Shown one piece after another: positions 38,342 through 48,515 of a DNA stretch of 64,000 nucleotides. Location: positions 96,001-160,000 of the forward strand of contig CAWIGG010000003.1 of NCBI GenBank assembly GCA_963835575.1. The letters are read 5' to 3'. Made by a program: the position numbers and the translations under genes. The stretch is from an uncultured Spirochaetota bacterium. GTDB taxonomy: Bacteria; Spirochaetota; Brevinematia; Brevinematales; JAOACQ01. The notes under the pieces were generated by a model, which made no database searches, was not told the origin of the DNA, and saw nothing but the letters and a program-made list of their open reading frames with translations. Within the stretch, counting starts at the first letter, position 1; each line of letters starts with the position of its first letter.

Positions 38342-40485
38342 TTACAAAAAGACTTGACAAATTTCTTTCAGAAAACTACAGCATTGTCCTGCTTTTTGTC
38401 TGCGCTTACTTATTAACAACCCTTCTCATTTTATTATCCCACACAGTACCGAATACATCGCTTTACCGCGTCGGAGAAAGCTCAAAAGAAACTTACCGGT
38501 CGGAATATGGCTTTTCCTATGACGACAAATTTGAAACAGAAGACCTGGCAAAAACAATCGAGATAAATAAGCCCATGTTTTATTCCTACCAGGAAAATCA
38601 TGAGGCGGCTTTTTACACAAATTTACAGCAATTCCTCTCGCTCATCAAAGCGCAAAGCGACAGGGATTTTATTAAAAATATTAAAACCGGCGGTTATAAG
38701 TTTTCATCATCCGCGTTGAATTACCTGACTTATAACAGAATGCTTATCAGTCTTTATACTAACAGGCTTATTTACCTCTATCAGGCCCTGACTTCACAGT
38801 ATTTTCTGGTCAATAATAAAGAAGCGGAAAGTAAAATCGATTATATAGAACTGATCACAATGCTTGGAAATAAAAAAATCGGGAATGAAAAACTTCTGCT
38901 ATGCCCCCTGGAAAAGGATTTTCTTATCAATTTCATCGGCCGGATTTATACCGGCATGAGTATAGATTTAAAAGACATAATGGCTGAGATAATGATCAAT
39001 ATTATTGAGCCGACAGCCGTTCAAAACCCAAAAGTAAGGGCTGAAGTCATTCAGAAAGAACTCAATCTTGCCAAGCAGCATAAATTTATTAACAAAGGGG
39101 ATTTCCTGATAAATAAAGGTGATGTCATAAACCAGGATAATCTCGCGAAAATAATCGCCTACTCGGAATATAAAAAGAATGATCTCAAAACAAAAATATG
39201 GGTTTACAATATACTCTGTTTATTGATTTTAGTTTTCCTCTCTTACCGGTTTATAAAATATGAAAAGGAAACATTTAAAAAGAAATACAATATTTATATC
39301 GCGCTGATCGGTTTTATTGCCGTTAATTTTATCTTTTATTCAACATATCTCTATAATGATTTTCCTTCCGTTCCCGTTTTTCTTCTGGTACCTTTTGCCA
39401 TTATTTCAATATCCCTTCCTCTTTTATTGAATAATGACCGTGTTTCCATCATACTCCTGATATCCTATTGTTTCTTTTCATTTTTTTACCCTATTTTTGA
39501 TATCATTACATTTTTTAATCTTATTATTATTTCACTTTCAACAATATATACATCACAGCTTTTAAAAAACCGGAATGATTTTTTCATTGTGGCTTTATTT
39601 ATCGGATTCATCGAATTATTTTTCTCTTTTATTTATTTTTTCTTTAATCAATCATTTCCTGACATGAGGGATTGGGGTATAATCATACTATTTGCTTTAG
39701 GCAACGGATTTATTTCCTCTATTGTTTCATTAGGACTGATGCCGCTGCTGGAAAATATTTTCAATATACCGACCCGTTTCCGGCTTCTTGAGCTGACCAA
39801 CCCGAGTCTTTCCCCCCTTCTGAACAAACTTAAAACAGAAGCGCCCGGCACATATAATCATTCGCTGCTTCTGGGAGATATGTGCGAAGCCGCCGCCTTG
39901 AAATTAGGCATCGATTCACTGCTGGCAAAAGCAGGCGGTTATTACCATGATATAGGAAAGACGGAAAATTCCCAGTATTTCATTGAAAATCAGGACGGTA
40001 AAAATAAGCATGACGATATTAAAACAAGCATTTCAGTTTCTATAATTAAATCGCATACAAAGCTGGGCATTGAACTCTCCCGGAAATACCGCCTGCCCGA
40101 AGAGATCGTTGACGCCATTAAAGAACACCATGGGACAACGGCCATCTCCTACTTTTATCACCAGGCCCTCGGGTTATTGGGAGACGAAAACGTCAATATC
40201 AGCGACTATGAATACCCCGGCCCCAAACCGCAAAGCAAGACTACGGCCGTATTGATGCTGGCGGACGGCGTTGAAACAACAGTCCGGGCATATACCCAGA
40301 ATAACGAACGCTTTACAACGAAAATCATTGAAGATATAATAGATGATTTGATTCAGCGCAGGATCGCGCAGGGACAGCTTGATGAATGCGACCTTACATT
40401 ACGTGATTTAAAAATAGTCGCAGATGAATTTTTCAAATTCCTTGCCGGTTATTACCATAAGAGAATCGAATATATCAAGAAATAA
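38317..40485 (+). CDS. 7TM-HD family phosphohydrolase (PgpH-like)
   Basis: Extracellular domain, 7TM, APGTYNHS, YHDIGK, EHHGT, YPGPKP; typical position after phoH. Confidence 0.9.
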   Translation: MERTVRPVITKRLDKFLSENYSIVLLFVCAYLLTTLLILLSHTVPNTSLYRVGESSKETYRSEYGFSYDDKFETEDLAKTIEINKPMFYSYQENHEAAFYTNLQQFLSLIKAQSDRDFIKNIKTGGYKFSSSALNYLTYNRMLISLYTNRLIYLYQALTSQYFLVNNKEAESKIDYIELITMLGNKKIGNEKLLLCPLEKDFLINFIGRIYTGMSIDLKDIMAEIMINIIEPTAVQNPKVRAEVIQKELNLAKQHKFINKGDFLINKGDVINQDNLAKIIAYSEYKKNDLKTKIWVYNILCLLILVFLSYRFIKYEKETFKKKYNIYIALIGFIAVNFIFYSTYLYNDFPSVPVFLLVPFAIISISLPLLLNNDRVSIILLISYCFFSFFYPIFDIITFFNLIIISLSTIYTSQLLKNRNDFFIVALFIGFIELFFSFIYFFFNQSFPDMRDWGIIILFALGNGFISSIVSLGLMPLLENIFNIPTRFRLLELTNPSLSPLLNKLKTEAPGTYNHSLLLGDMCEAAALKLGIDSLLAKAGGYYHDIGKTENSQYFIENQDGKNKHDDIKTSISVSIIKSHTKLGIELSRKYRLPEEIVDAIKEHHGTTAISYFYHQALGLLGDENVNISDYEYPGPKPQSKTTAVLMLADGVETTVRAYTQNNERFTTKIIEDIIDDLIQRRIAQGQLDECDLTLRDLKIVADEFFKFLAGYYHKRIEYIKK

Positions 40486-40496
40486 GGCTTAAATCT

Positions 40497-41369
40497 ATGC
40501 AGACAAATAATAACATATTAATTATTAAATCCACAAACAATGAGCACTTCTTGAAAGATTTTCAGTTGATTTATGAAGTGCCGGGTTATGAGAGTGTCCT
40601 TGAAGTCAATACAACAAATTATGATTTTGCCGATACCTCATTAGTTATTAAACTTCAGGAAATGAAAAGCAACAGTTTTATCATTCATGTCAGAAATTTT
40701 GAGCTTTCGAACTTCAGCATGCCGGGCCTGCAGGTCAAAGCCCTTAAGTACGGTAAAACCAATGAATTCCTTACCCCGGCTTTTCCTGTTGAAGCCCAGT
40801 CCCTCTCTATTATTGTCAGTAATAAAGCGCTGGTTGTTGATATTTATCAATTCCGGGATTTTACATTCATTTTTATCCTGATTGCCTTCATCCTGATTGC
40901 CTTATTGTCGATATTTACCGTCCGTTTTATCCGCAGAAAAAAAGAAAATCAAAACCTGAAAGCGGCGGAATTAATAAATCCATTTGATGAAGCCCTCCAG
41001 AAACTTGAAGAAATACGCGGAATGCAGATACAGGAAAATAACCGCAAAGAAATATACACCCTGATATCAGAAACAGTCCGCCGCTTTTTTGAACGGATAT
41101 TTATATTTCCCGCCCTTGAACTAGCCACATCCGAAATTTTAAATGTTTTAAAAAAAGCTGCCGCCGGTAAAAAACTGCCGCCGGATTTTTGTGAAACGGC
41201 TTATCATATTTTAAGGATTTGCGACAGGGTCAAATACGCCAAACATATCCCTGCCGGGGAAAACAAAAATAATATTATTGAAGAAGCGGTAGAACTGATC
41301 CTTCAGGTCAAAGAAATAGAAGATAAAGAAAGTGAAGAAAAAAAACAAGGAGAAGGAGAAAAGGAATGA
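40497..41369 (+). CDS. Bat-operon-associated membrane protein
   Basis: Single TM; ALELATSE and CDRVKYAK motifs; overlaps the VWA gene. Confidence 0.7.
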   Translation: MQTNNNILIIKSTNNEHFLKDFQLIYEVPGYESVLEVNTTNYDFADTSLVIKLQEMKSNSFIIHVRNFELSNFSMPGLQVKALKYGKTNEFLTPAFPVEAQSLSIIVSNKALVVDIYQFRDFTFIFILIAFILIALLSIFTVRFIRRKKENQNLKAAELINPFDEALQKLEEIRGMQIQENNRKEIYTLISETVRRFFERIFIFPALELATSEILNVLKKAAAGKKLPPDFCETAYHILRICDRVKYAKHIPAGENKNNIIEEAVELILQVKEIEDKESEEKKQGEGEKE

Positions 41370-42430
41370 ACTTCTCGAGTCCCGCTTATCTATTATTACT
41401 TTTAATTCCGGTGATTTATCTCTATTTAAAATATAAAGGACCAAAAGGCATAAAATTATCACTGGATTCTACTCTGTACTATTCCTCAACCGACCTGTTC
41501 GCAAAAAAGAGGACCGTCCTGGCGAAATTATATCATCCGGTCAGCGACGGGCTGATCTGTATTGCCCTTTGCTTTTTTATAATAGCGCTGGCCAGGCCTC
41601 TGGGCGGACACGCGATTCAGAGCGATAAAAACTACGGTATCGACATTGTTCTCGCAATTGACGTGTCAGGAAGTATGCTTAATGTTGATTCCATGCCCGC
41701 TTCCCTTCCCTACCGCGATTTCATGGGCAAACGGTATTACCACGACCAGAATCATGAATTAGTTAAAATAAACAGGGTGAATTCCGCCAAGAACGTCATT
41801 ATGGATTATATTAATAAACAGGCTTTTAACCGCATCGGGATTGTCGTTTTCGCCGGTTACAGCTATACAAAATGCCCCCTTACGCTGGATAAAAATATGC
41901 TTATCAAGATTGTCCAGAGCATTGATTTTAATCCTCAGAATGACGGAACGGCTATCGGAATGGGCATAGCCACATCCGTCAACCGCCTTAAGAAATCCGA
42001 GGCAAAAAGCAGGATCATCATCCTTTTAACTGACGGGATAAATAACAGCGGCATGATCGATCCCCTTTCAGCCGCCAATATAGCCCGCGACCTCAATATC
42101 CGCATATACACAATAGGCCTCGGCAACCCGGAAGGCTATCTCCAGCCGGCCAGCATGGATCTTACTGATTATGAATTACAGATCGGGGTCGGGCTGGATG
42201 AACCGATCCTGAAAAAAATCGCGGAAAATACAGGAGGAAAATTCTACAGGGCTTACGATCCCGATTCGCTCAAAAAAATATACGATGACATTGATAAGCT
42301 CGAAAAGTCAAAGATTGAAATTAAAAGAAGAGTGCTTTATAAAGAGAATTTTCTGCCTTTCCTTGTAACGGGTTTTATTTTCCTGCTCGCCTATATAGGT
42401 CTGACAAGCTTTGTAATAAAAATACCATAA
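41366..42430 (+). CDS. VWA domain protein, BatA-like
   Basis: ALARP, DVSGSM MIDAS, GTAIG, LTDG. Confidence 0.9.
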   Translation: MNFSSPAYLLLLLIPVIYLYLKYKGPKGIKLSLDSTLYYSSTDLFAKKRTVLAKLYHPVSDGLICIALCFFIIALARPLGGHAIQSDKNYGIDIVLAIDVSGSMLNVDSMPASLPYRDFMGKRYYHDQNHELVKINRVNSAKNVIMDYINKQAFNRIGIVVFAGYSYTKCPLTLDKNMLIKIVQSIDFNPQNDGTAIGMGIATSVNRLKKSEAKSRIIILLTDGINNSGMIDPLSAANIARDLNIRIYTIGLGNPEGYLQPASMDLTDYELQIGVGLDEPILKKIAENTGGKFYRAYDPDSLKKIYDDIDKLEKSKIEIKRRVLYKENFLPFLVTGFIFLLAYIGLTSFVIKIP

Positions 42431-42599
42431 ACTCATATTACCTTAAGATATCTGCCGTTATTTAATCTTTCCGGGGATATTCTGATAGAAAAGAAAAACT
42501 TTTTATTGTCCATTCCTTTAATGACCGGTCTTTTGATATGTTTTATTTTTACTATTATACTTAATTTAATCCTTTTTTTTTAATAAAAAAATGGCGCAA

Positions 42600-42629
42600 A
42601 AAAAACCCCGCCCTTTAAAGGGGCGGGGG
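42600..42629 (-). terminator. Intrinsic terminator of zinc-ribbon gene
   Basis: ccccgccc-tttaaa-ggggcgggg with A-tract on + (U-tract on -). Confidence 0.75.
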
Positions 42630-42640
42630 AACAGTATCAC

Positions 42641-42922
42641 TTATTTTTTTGCGCTGTAACAAGCCCAGCAATAAACTGGTCTTTCGCCACTCGGTTTAAA
42701 TGGGACCTGAGTGGGTTCACCGCAAGACGAGCAGGTGGTTTCATACATCTGTCTGTCTCTTCTGCCTGAAGAACGCATAGCTTCCTTCTTTGCCTTCCTG
42801 CAGTCCGGGCACCTAGCAGGCTCATTCTTAAAGCCTTTCTGCGCATAAAATTCCTGCTCTGCGGCAGAAAAAGTAAATGAATTACCGCAATCGCGGCATG
42901 CCAAGGTTTTGTCTTGGAACAT
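42641..42922 (-). CDS. Zinc-ribbon domain protein (CxxC-x17-CxxC)
   Basis: MFQDKTLACRDCG...EQEFY...RCPDCR...CSSCG...VPFKP...VYC; SD ggaggt. Confidence 0.88.
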   Translation of the reverse strand: MFQDKTLACRDCGNSFTFSAAEQEFYAQKGFKNEPARCPDCRKAKKEAMRSSGRRDRQMYETTCSSCGEPTQVPFKPSGERPVYCWACYSAKK

Positions 42923-43043
42923 TGGGTTACCTCCCTTTGATTTAGCCCATAACGGGGTAGTCTTACTCCTCTCCAAAGCTGCACGGGTAAATTCAAAGGG
43001 ATGAATCGGATAGACTGTCCATCTGATATGGGTCTCTATATAT

Positions 43044-43072
43044 AGAATACGGAATAATATGGAAAAAGTCAA
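43044..43072 (-). promoter_or_regulatory. Sigma70-type promoter
   Basis: TTGACT-N17-TATTCT. Confidence 0.55.
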
Positions 43073-43084
43073 ATATATTTCACA

Positions 43085-43435
43085 TTAATACATATATTTT
43101 TCAAGCTTCAAAAGGATGGAATTCAATATATCCACATTAATAAACCGGCAGGTATCCTGATAAAATTCCTCTTTCCTCATGGACTTTTCAACAATCTGCA
43201 GCGTGTTTTTTTCAATTTCACTTAAATCCAGTCCTAATTCATTAACAGCCGATAGTATATTATCTTCAAGCTGTTTGCCATGTTTTACCAGATAAATGTC
43301 TTTGATCAGCTGTACCATATTCTCGCAAACAAAGTCCGCCTTTCCTTTTTTTAAAAGCATTCTTGTAAAATCAATCGTATAACATATGGAATGATTCAGG
43401 CTTTTTAATGCGCTTTCTGAAAAATTACTTTTCAT
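43085..43435 (-). CDS. Hypothetical protein
   Basis: 116-aa ORF overlapping the end of murE. Confidence 0.6.
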   Translation of the reverse strand: MKSNFSESALKSLNHSICYTIDFTRMLLKKGKADFVCENMVQLIKDIYLVKHGKQLEDNILSAVNELGLDLSEIEKNTLQIVEKSMRKEEFYQDTCRFINVDILNSILLKLEKYMY

Positions 43436-44930
43436 ACCCTTCCTTTAAAAAATATTTTTCTACTTCTTCCCGGTCGCTGAAATGCCTTTTTGTTTTACCA
43501 ATTATCTGATAGTCTTCATGACCCTTCCCGGCAATAACCACAATATCATCTTTGACGGCCTTTTTTAAAGCGATTTTTATCGCCTCTGAACGCTCTGCTT
43601 CTATCTCATAAGGGGCGCCGCCTGTTTCTTTGACACCCTCTTCAATTTCCTGGATGATTGCCAGCGGATCTTCAGTTCTGGGATTATCGGAGGTAATTAA
43701 AATAAAATCGGACAGCTTTCCGGCAATCCTGCCCATTAACGGCCTCTTGGATCTATCCCTGTCTCCGCCCGCTCCGAATACGGTAATAACCCGCCCGTTT
43801 TTCCGAAGGATATTCCTCACAGTTTGAAGAAGTTTTTCCAATGCATCCGGTTTATGGGCATAATCAATAATAACAGAAAATCCCCTCTTATTCGGAACAT
43901 TTTCCATCCTTCCCGCGACTTTAATATTATAAAGGAAGTCCTTAAATATTTCCAGTGAAAAGCTGAGTTCCATTAAAATGATTGAAGCGACGCTGAAATT
44001 GTATACATTTGTAATACCCATCATGGATATCCTTATAGGCAATGTATTTATCTCAAATTCCGTATTATCAGGCGTTAACTGTTTTACTAAGATGGGATAA
44101 TCACTTCCTTTTTTTGAAACAGAATAAGTCTTCAATATAATATTTTTAAATTTCTCTAGATATTTAACCATTTTATCATACAACGGGATATCCATATTTA
44201 TAAGCGCGGTCCGCTTTTTTTTCTGCGATGAACTCAGAAGGTCAAATATCTTTAATTTGGCTTCAAAATAATTTTCCATTGTTTTATGAAAATCCAGATG
44301 GTCCTGAGAAAAATTAGTAAAAGCGGCAATATCAAAATGAAGACCGGCAACCCTGCCCAATGAAAGGGCGTGGGATGATACTTCCATGACACAGTATTTT
44401 ACACCATCGGACGCCATCTGCGCAAAAAGCCGGTTTAAATAAAGTATATCCGGGGTTGTATTTGAAGCCGGGAATATTTGACTGCCGATGCGGTATTCTA
44501 TGGTCCCTATCAAGCCGCCTTTAAATCCCAGACTTTGAAATAATGAATATGCCGCAAAAGCCGTTGTCGTTTTGCCGCTCGTTCCGGTTATTCCGACAAG
44601 GCACAATTTCCCGGACGGGTTTTCATAAAAATTCCTTGCAAGATATGCCAGAGCTTCAAATATGTTTTCTGCGCCGATAAAATAAGCGTCCGGATAAGCG
44701 GATCTAAATTCTTTTAAACGTTCCGCCGAGATGACAAAATAACGGCATCCGTTTTTATAAGCGGATTCAATATAAGGATGGGCATCATCCACATAGCCTG
44801 AAGCGGCAATGAAAAGTGTTTGCTGATCAGCATTCCTTGAGTCATTTTCTATTTTATCAACATTAAAGGCCGTATCGAGTCCGGCCGGCATTATGAGAGA
44901 ATATCCTTCAATGATATGTTTTAAAAGCAT
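43425..44930 (-). CDS. murE: UDP-MurNAc-tripeptide synthetase
   Basis: GITGTSGKTT, MEVSSH, QDHLDFH, DYAH, SDNPR, AGKGHE. Confidence 0.95.
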   Translation of the reverse strand: MLLKHIIEGYSLIMPAGLDTAFNVDKIENDSRNADQQTLFIAASGYVDDAHPYIESAYKNGCRYFVISAERLKEFRSAYPDAYFIGAENIFEALAYLARNFYENPSGKLCLVGITGTSGKTTTAFAAYSLFQSLGFKGGLIGTIEYRIGSQIFPASNTTPDILYLNRLFAQMASDGVKYCVMEVSSHALSLGRVAGLHFDIAAFTNFSQDHLDFHKTMENYFEAKLKIFDLLSSSQKKKRTALINMDIPLYDKMVKYLEKFKNIILKTYSVSKKGSDYPILVKQLTPDNTEFEINTLPIRISMMGITNVYNFSVASIILMELSFSLEIFKDFLYNIKVAGRMENVPNKRGFSVIIDYAHKPDALEKLLQTVRNILRKNGRVITVFGAGGDRDRSKRPLMGRIAGKLSDFILITSDNPRTEDPLAIIQEIEEGVKETGGAPYEIEAERSEAIKIALKKAVKDDIVVIAGKGHEDYQIIGKTKRHFSDREEVEKYFLKEGYEK

Positions 44931-44964
44931 CTGTTTTCCTTATAGATTAAATTATTACTGTTAT

Positions 44965-45288
44965 TTAAGCTTCTTCATATGAGCAGTGGAGTGGAAATTC
45001 TTTTGCCTTTGCCATGGCATGGACCTGGTTGATTTTTGTCAGCGCTGTATCATAAGTATAAACACCGGCGATACCATAACCTTTGTTATGAACCTGCAGC
45101 ATGATCCGGGTCGCTTCAGCGGCCGCTTTATGAAAAACGATCCTGATGATCGAAACAACAAAATCCATTGTCGTATAATTGTCATTATGAATGATGACTT
45201 TATACAGCTTCGGCTCTTTCACTTCCGGTTTTGAACTTATCTGGAGTTCGCCTTCTAAAATGGGATTACTATTTATTTTTTCCGCCAT
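44965..45288 (-). CDS. clpS: Clp protease adaptor ClpS
   Basis: YKVIIHNDNYTTMDFVV, MLQVH, FPL. Confidence 0.93.
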   Translation of the reverse strand: MAEKINSNPILEGELQISSKPEVKEPKLYKVIIHNDNYTTMDFVVSIIRIVFHKAAAEATRIMLQVHNKGYGIAGVYTYDTALTKINQVHAMAKAKEFPLHCSYEEA

Positions 45289-45458
45289 TGCTTTACCTTA
45301 AAATTTAATCTCTTATATTATAATATAAAATATAAATTAAATAAATGGCAAAATCAATTTAAGGACAGTTTCAAAAGTATTTATTCAATAATTTTGGCGG
45401 TTTTTTTTGAAACTCTCTTGATATTATCATTAATATTTAACAATTTTCCGGTGTAATA

Positions 45459-46173
45459 ATCGAGTAGGAGGCGGGTTTACACCCGCCGACCTCTCACACC
45501 ACCCGTACGGTTCCGTATACGGCGGTTCCAATGTTATTTTACCTATTCACTTATTGACAGTTAGCTTTCCTTCAGACCTTGCCTTCAATCTTTAAGTTTC
45601 AAGTGGGTAATCTCCTATTGATTCTATGTGCCTTATAACCACGCTGTTTACCTCAGATTCCGTCCGATACTTCCACAGTCGCCGAGATGACCTCGCTTCT
45701 GGTTTTATTTGGGCATCATGAGTCAAGCTGTTACCATTCTAACACCGGTTTAGCCCTTCGCGCTTGGTCTTTTGCGCTACTCTGGCTTCTGCTGACTTCT
45801 GAAAATCCCTCTCATCACCTTTCAATGACAATAGCTAATATGTAGCGGATTTCCAGATCTCCCCGGGTAATACGCTCGTTCCTTCCCGCTTATACCTGCC
45901 GCATTTACGCCTACGTTTTCCGTGTAAGTATCGGACTTTAACGATATTGGCCGTCTTATCCAACATAAACGCCTTATTTGCGGTTTCTGTTCGTCAGGCC
46001 AGCGTTTTGCCTCCGGCTTCCTTCAGATTCCGCCTCACGGCGGACACCCTTGCCGTCTGTCCCTCACCAGTTTGTCCGGCTGCCCGGAGAAGTTCACAAA
46101 CTGGTGAGGGATTCCCCTTACCGGGTGCATAGAGGACTTTAACCTCCAAGAACGTGCGCCCTGCCGGGCGCAC
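45459..46173 (-). mobile_element. ORF-less class IIC group II intron
   Basis: 5' GTGCGCCCGGC directly after a terminator; DI blocks GCAAGGGTGTCC...GAATCTGAAGGAAGC and TTACCCGGGGAG; DV GAACCGCCGTATACGGAACCG; 3' end CCTACTCGAT; no RT ORF. Confidence 0.9.
46060..46111. repeat. TCCCTCACCA-family palindrome, copy 4, inside intron domain I
   Basis: Near-identical to the reverse complement of 34695-34747. Confidence 0.85.
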
Positions 46174-46209
46174 TAAAAAAAAGGGGTGAAGAATTATTCT
46201 TCACCCCTT
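46174..46209 (-). terminator. Intrinsic terminator (intron target site)
   Basis: aaggggtgaagaat/attcttcacccctt hairpin plus U-tract on -. Confidence 0.85.
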
Positions 46210-46275
46210 TAATAGATACGCTTAATGCAATCCTTTAAATGAAATCTCAATAAACAAAACCTCTCATTTCACTTT

Positions 46276-48135
46276 CTAATAAATAGTGCAGGCCGTTCCG
46301 TTTAAAGTAAATGAAGCAGGCTTTGCATTCGCACCGCTGTAGCTGAGATTGAATCCGAAGCTTATTGTGCCTCCATTCGCTCCGATTGTTCCATTATAGT
46401 TTAAATTATTTACTGTAACAGTGGCGCCGCTTTGAGTTTGAGCCGCACTCCAGATCTGTGTGATTGCCTGATTCCCTGCAAATGTCCATACCAGAGACCA
46501 TAAGCTAAGAGCAGTTGCCGAATTATTCTTTATGGTTACTGTTACAGTTGAGCCCGTACCCCAGTCGCTGGTAATAGCATAGTTCACCGCATAACCGCCG
46601 CTGACACTGGAAGCCGTACTCGAGGCAATACTTGAGAGTATAGAACTAGCCGCTGCCGATGACGCCATACTAGACTTGCTGGAGCTCGCCGCTACGGACA
46701 ACGCAACACTGGAACGGCTTGAACTCGCAGCTATGGACGACGCTATACTCGCCACGCTAGAACTTGCCGCTATAGATGACGCCGCTGCACTCGAACGGCT
46801 TGAACTCGCGGCTACGGACGACGCTATACTCGCCACGCTAGAACTTGCCGCTATAGATGACGCCGCTGAAGAAGATACGGCTGTTGAGGAAGCAGACGAT
46901 GAAGCAGTAGTGAACGGCTGTAAATAGGGTTTAATCAGATTATACTTCCCGGTGCTGACACTCACCCAGTCATCCTGTAAAATACCGCCTGTATCCCCGG
47001 AATCACAGTTCCAGCTCCAGAATGTAAAAGATGCACTTTTACCTATATATTGCAGCCAGGTTGTAAGCCATTTATATGGGATAGAACTGGGATTCGTCGC
47101 GCTTTCTTCCTTTATGCCTACTTCACCGAAATAGACTGTCGCCAGATTTTGCTTCGTCAGATACCAGTAATAGCTGTCCCACACGCCCTGCATGTTATTC
47201 GGGAAAGTTGGATCATCAAACCAGGGCTGATCGGCGACTTCGGGACCGTATTCGTGGACTGAGTACCAGAGATGGTCCTTAGGTATGTTTGTAATAGGCT
47301 TATTTTGTACTCCCTGAAGGTTCCCGCCCCACCAATAGTTGCTGCAATTATATTCCTGCACGCCCTGGACAATAAAAATGATATCGGAATCTACGGCATA
47401 AAGAGCATTGACGCATCTCTGCGCGGCTCCCTGCCAGTCCGTATTCGTATAGCCGGGAGCATCATAACCCCAGGTAGCCGGAGGTTTCATACCGGTGCCT
47501 AAAAATCCTCCATGAGGCTCGTTTTTAATATCCACACCGATGAAATTCGGATAAACTTTATATCGATTCAGCATCATTGTCCAGTCTGATATCCATTGCG
47601 CCTCGGAGCAGTTGGTGGTGTACCATAAAGTCTCATTCATATAATTGTCTGCCGTATGGGAATGATTGTCGAGAACAATCTTTATACATAAAGTTCCTGC
47701 ATATTCCACAATCTTATCAAGTACCTGAAGAGAAGACAATCCCGCCAGATCGACATTCATATTGGTCTGACCCGTATACGGATCTGTCCCATAAGCATTT
47801 ATCTGGATACTGCCCGGGGTCTTTGTCAGCATATCGTTGCACCATGGTATCCTAATGCAGTTAAAGCCAAGGTCTCTCATCTGCTGGATCATGGATTTAT
47901 AGTCCCTGGCCCAGAGGCCATGAGGCACATAGTTGCTTGTCTCAAATCCGAACCAGTTTACGCCGGTCAATCTTCCCACCGTTGATGTGTTGATCGCTCT
48001 TGTGGAATAATTGCCATTATTTAGAACCGGATTCAAAGAATTATTATCACTATTAATGGAATTAATAGAACAAGACGCTGTAATTATTAAGAACAAAAAA
48101 ACCGATAAAAAACCGATAATTCTTTTAATGTTCAT
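46276..48135 (-). CDS. GH5 endoglucanase lipoprotein with Ser/Ala linker and CBM2
   Basis: Lipobox ITASC; GVNWFGFET, KNEPH, HEYGP, GEVG; C-terminal SDWG...ITQIWSA...FTLNGTAC. Confidence 0.92.
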   Translation of the reverse strand: MNIKRIIGFLSVFLFLIITASCSINSINSDNNSLNPVLNNGNYSTRAINTSTVGRLTGVNWFGFETSNYVPHGLWARDYKSMIQQMRDLGFNCIRIPWCNDMLTKTPGSIQINAYGTDPYTGQTNMNVDLAGLSSLQVLDKIVEYAGTLCIKIVLDNHSHTADNYMNETLWYTTNCSEAQWISDWTMMLNRYKVYPNFIGVDIKNEPHGGFLGTGMKPPATWGYDAPGYTNTDWQGAAQRCVNALYAVDSDIIFIVQGVQEYNCSNYWWGGNLQGVQNKPITNIPKDHLWYSVHEYGPEVADQPWFDDPTFPNNMQGVWDSYYWYLTKQNLATVYFGEVGIKEESATNPSSIPYKWLTTWLQYIGKSASFTFWSWNCDSGDTGGILQDDWVSVSTGKYNLIKPYLQPFTTASSSASSTAVSSSAASSIAASSSVASIASSVAASSSRSSAAASSIAASSSVASIASSIAASSSRSSVALSVAASSSKSSMASSAAASSILSSIASSTASSVSGGYAVNYAITSDWGTGSTVTVTIKNNSATALSLWSLVWTFAGNQAITQIWSAAQTQSGATVTVNNLNYNGTIGANGGTISFGFNLSYSGANAKPASFTLNGTACTIY

Positions 48136-48313
48136 AAAAAACCTCCTAATGGGGTTCCAGTTTATATTTAATGCATTTATTTAACTCTTATAATTTTACG
48201 ATAATCAGAATTAAAGGTTATCATTAAAAGATTTTTTATGAAATGAAAATACTAATTAGAAGTAATTTAGAGCGGAAAGATATCGCGCTTATAACCCCTT
48301 CTTCCTCGCATAC

Positions 48314-48386
48314 ATTATATACCCATCTGATAAGAAACAAAACCATACTTAAGGTATGGTTTTTATCCAACTCTAAGTAGGATTTT
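48314..48386 (-). promoter_or_regulatory. TATAAT box plus double palindromic operator
   Basis: accatacttaaggtatggt-tttt-atccaactctaagtaggat; conserved at 50650-50720. Confidence 0.6.
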
Positions 48387-48515
48387 ATTTTGATTTCGCT
48401 TAGACAGATTTTATTGCTCATTTTTTTTGAAAGGTATCCGGGATATTTCCCCTGCCGTACATAAATAAGACTCTTCTGATCAAATTGTAGCAGGAACGGC
48501 AGGGAAAATCAATCA

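Noticed and set aside
46676..46927. Antisense repetitive ORFs (LELAA...) here and at 49006-49281
   Set aside because: Shadows of the Ser/Ala linker.
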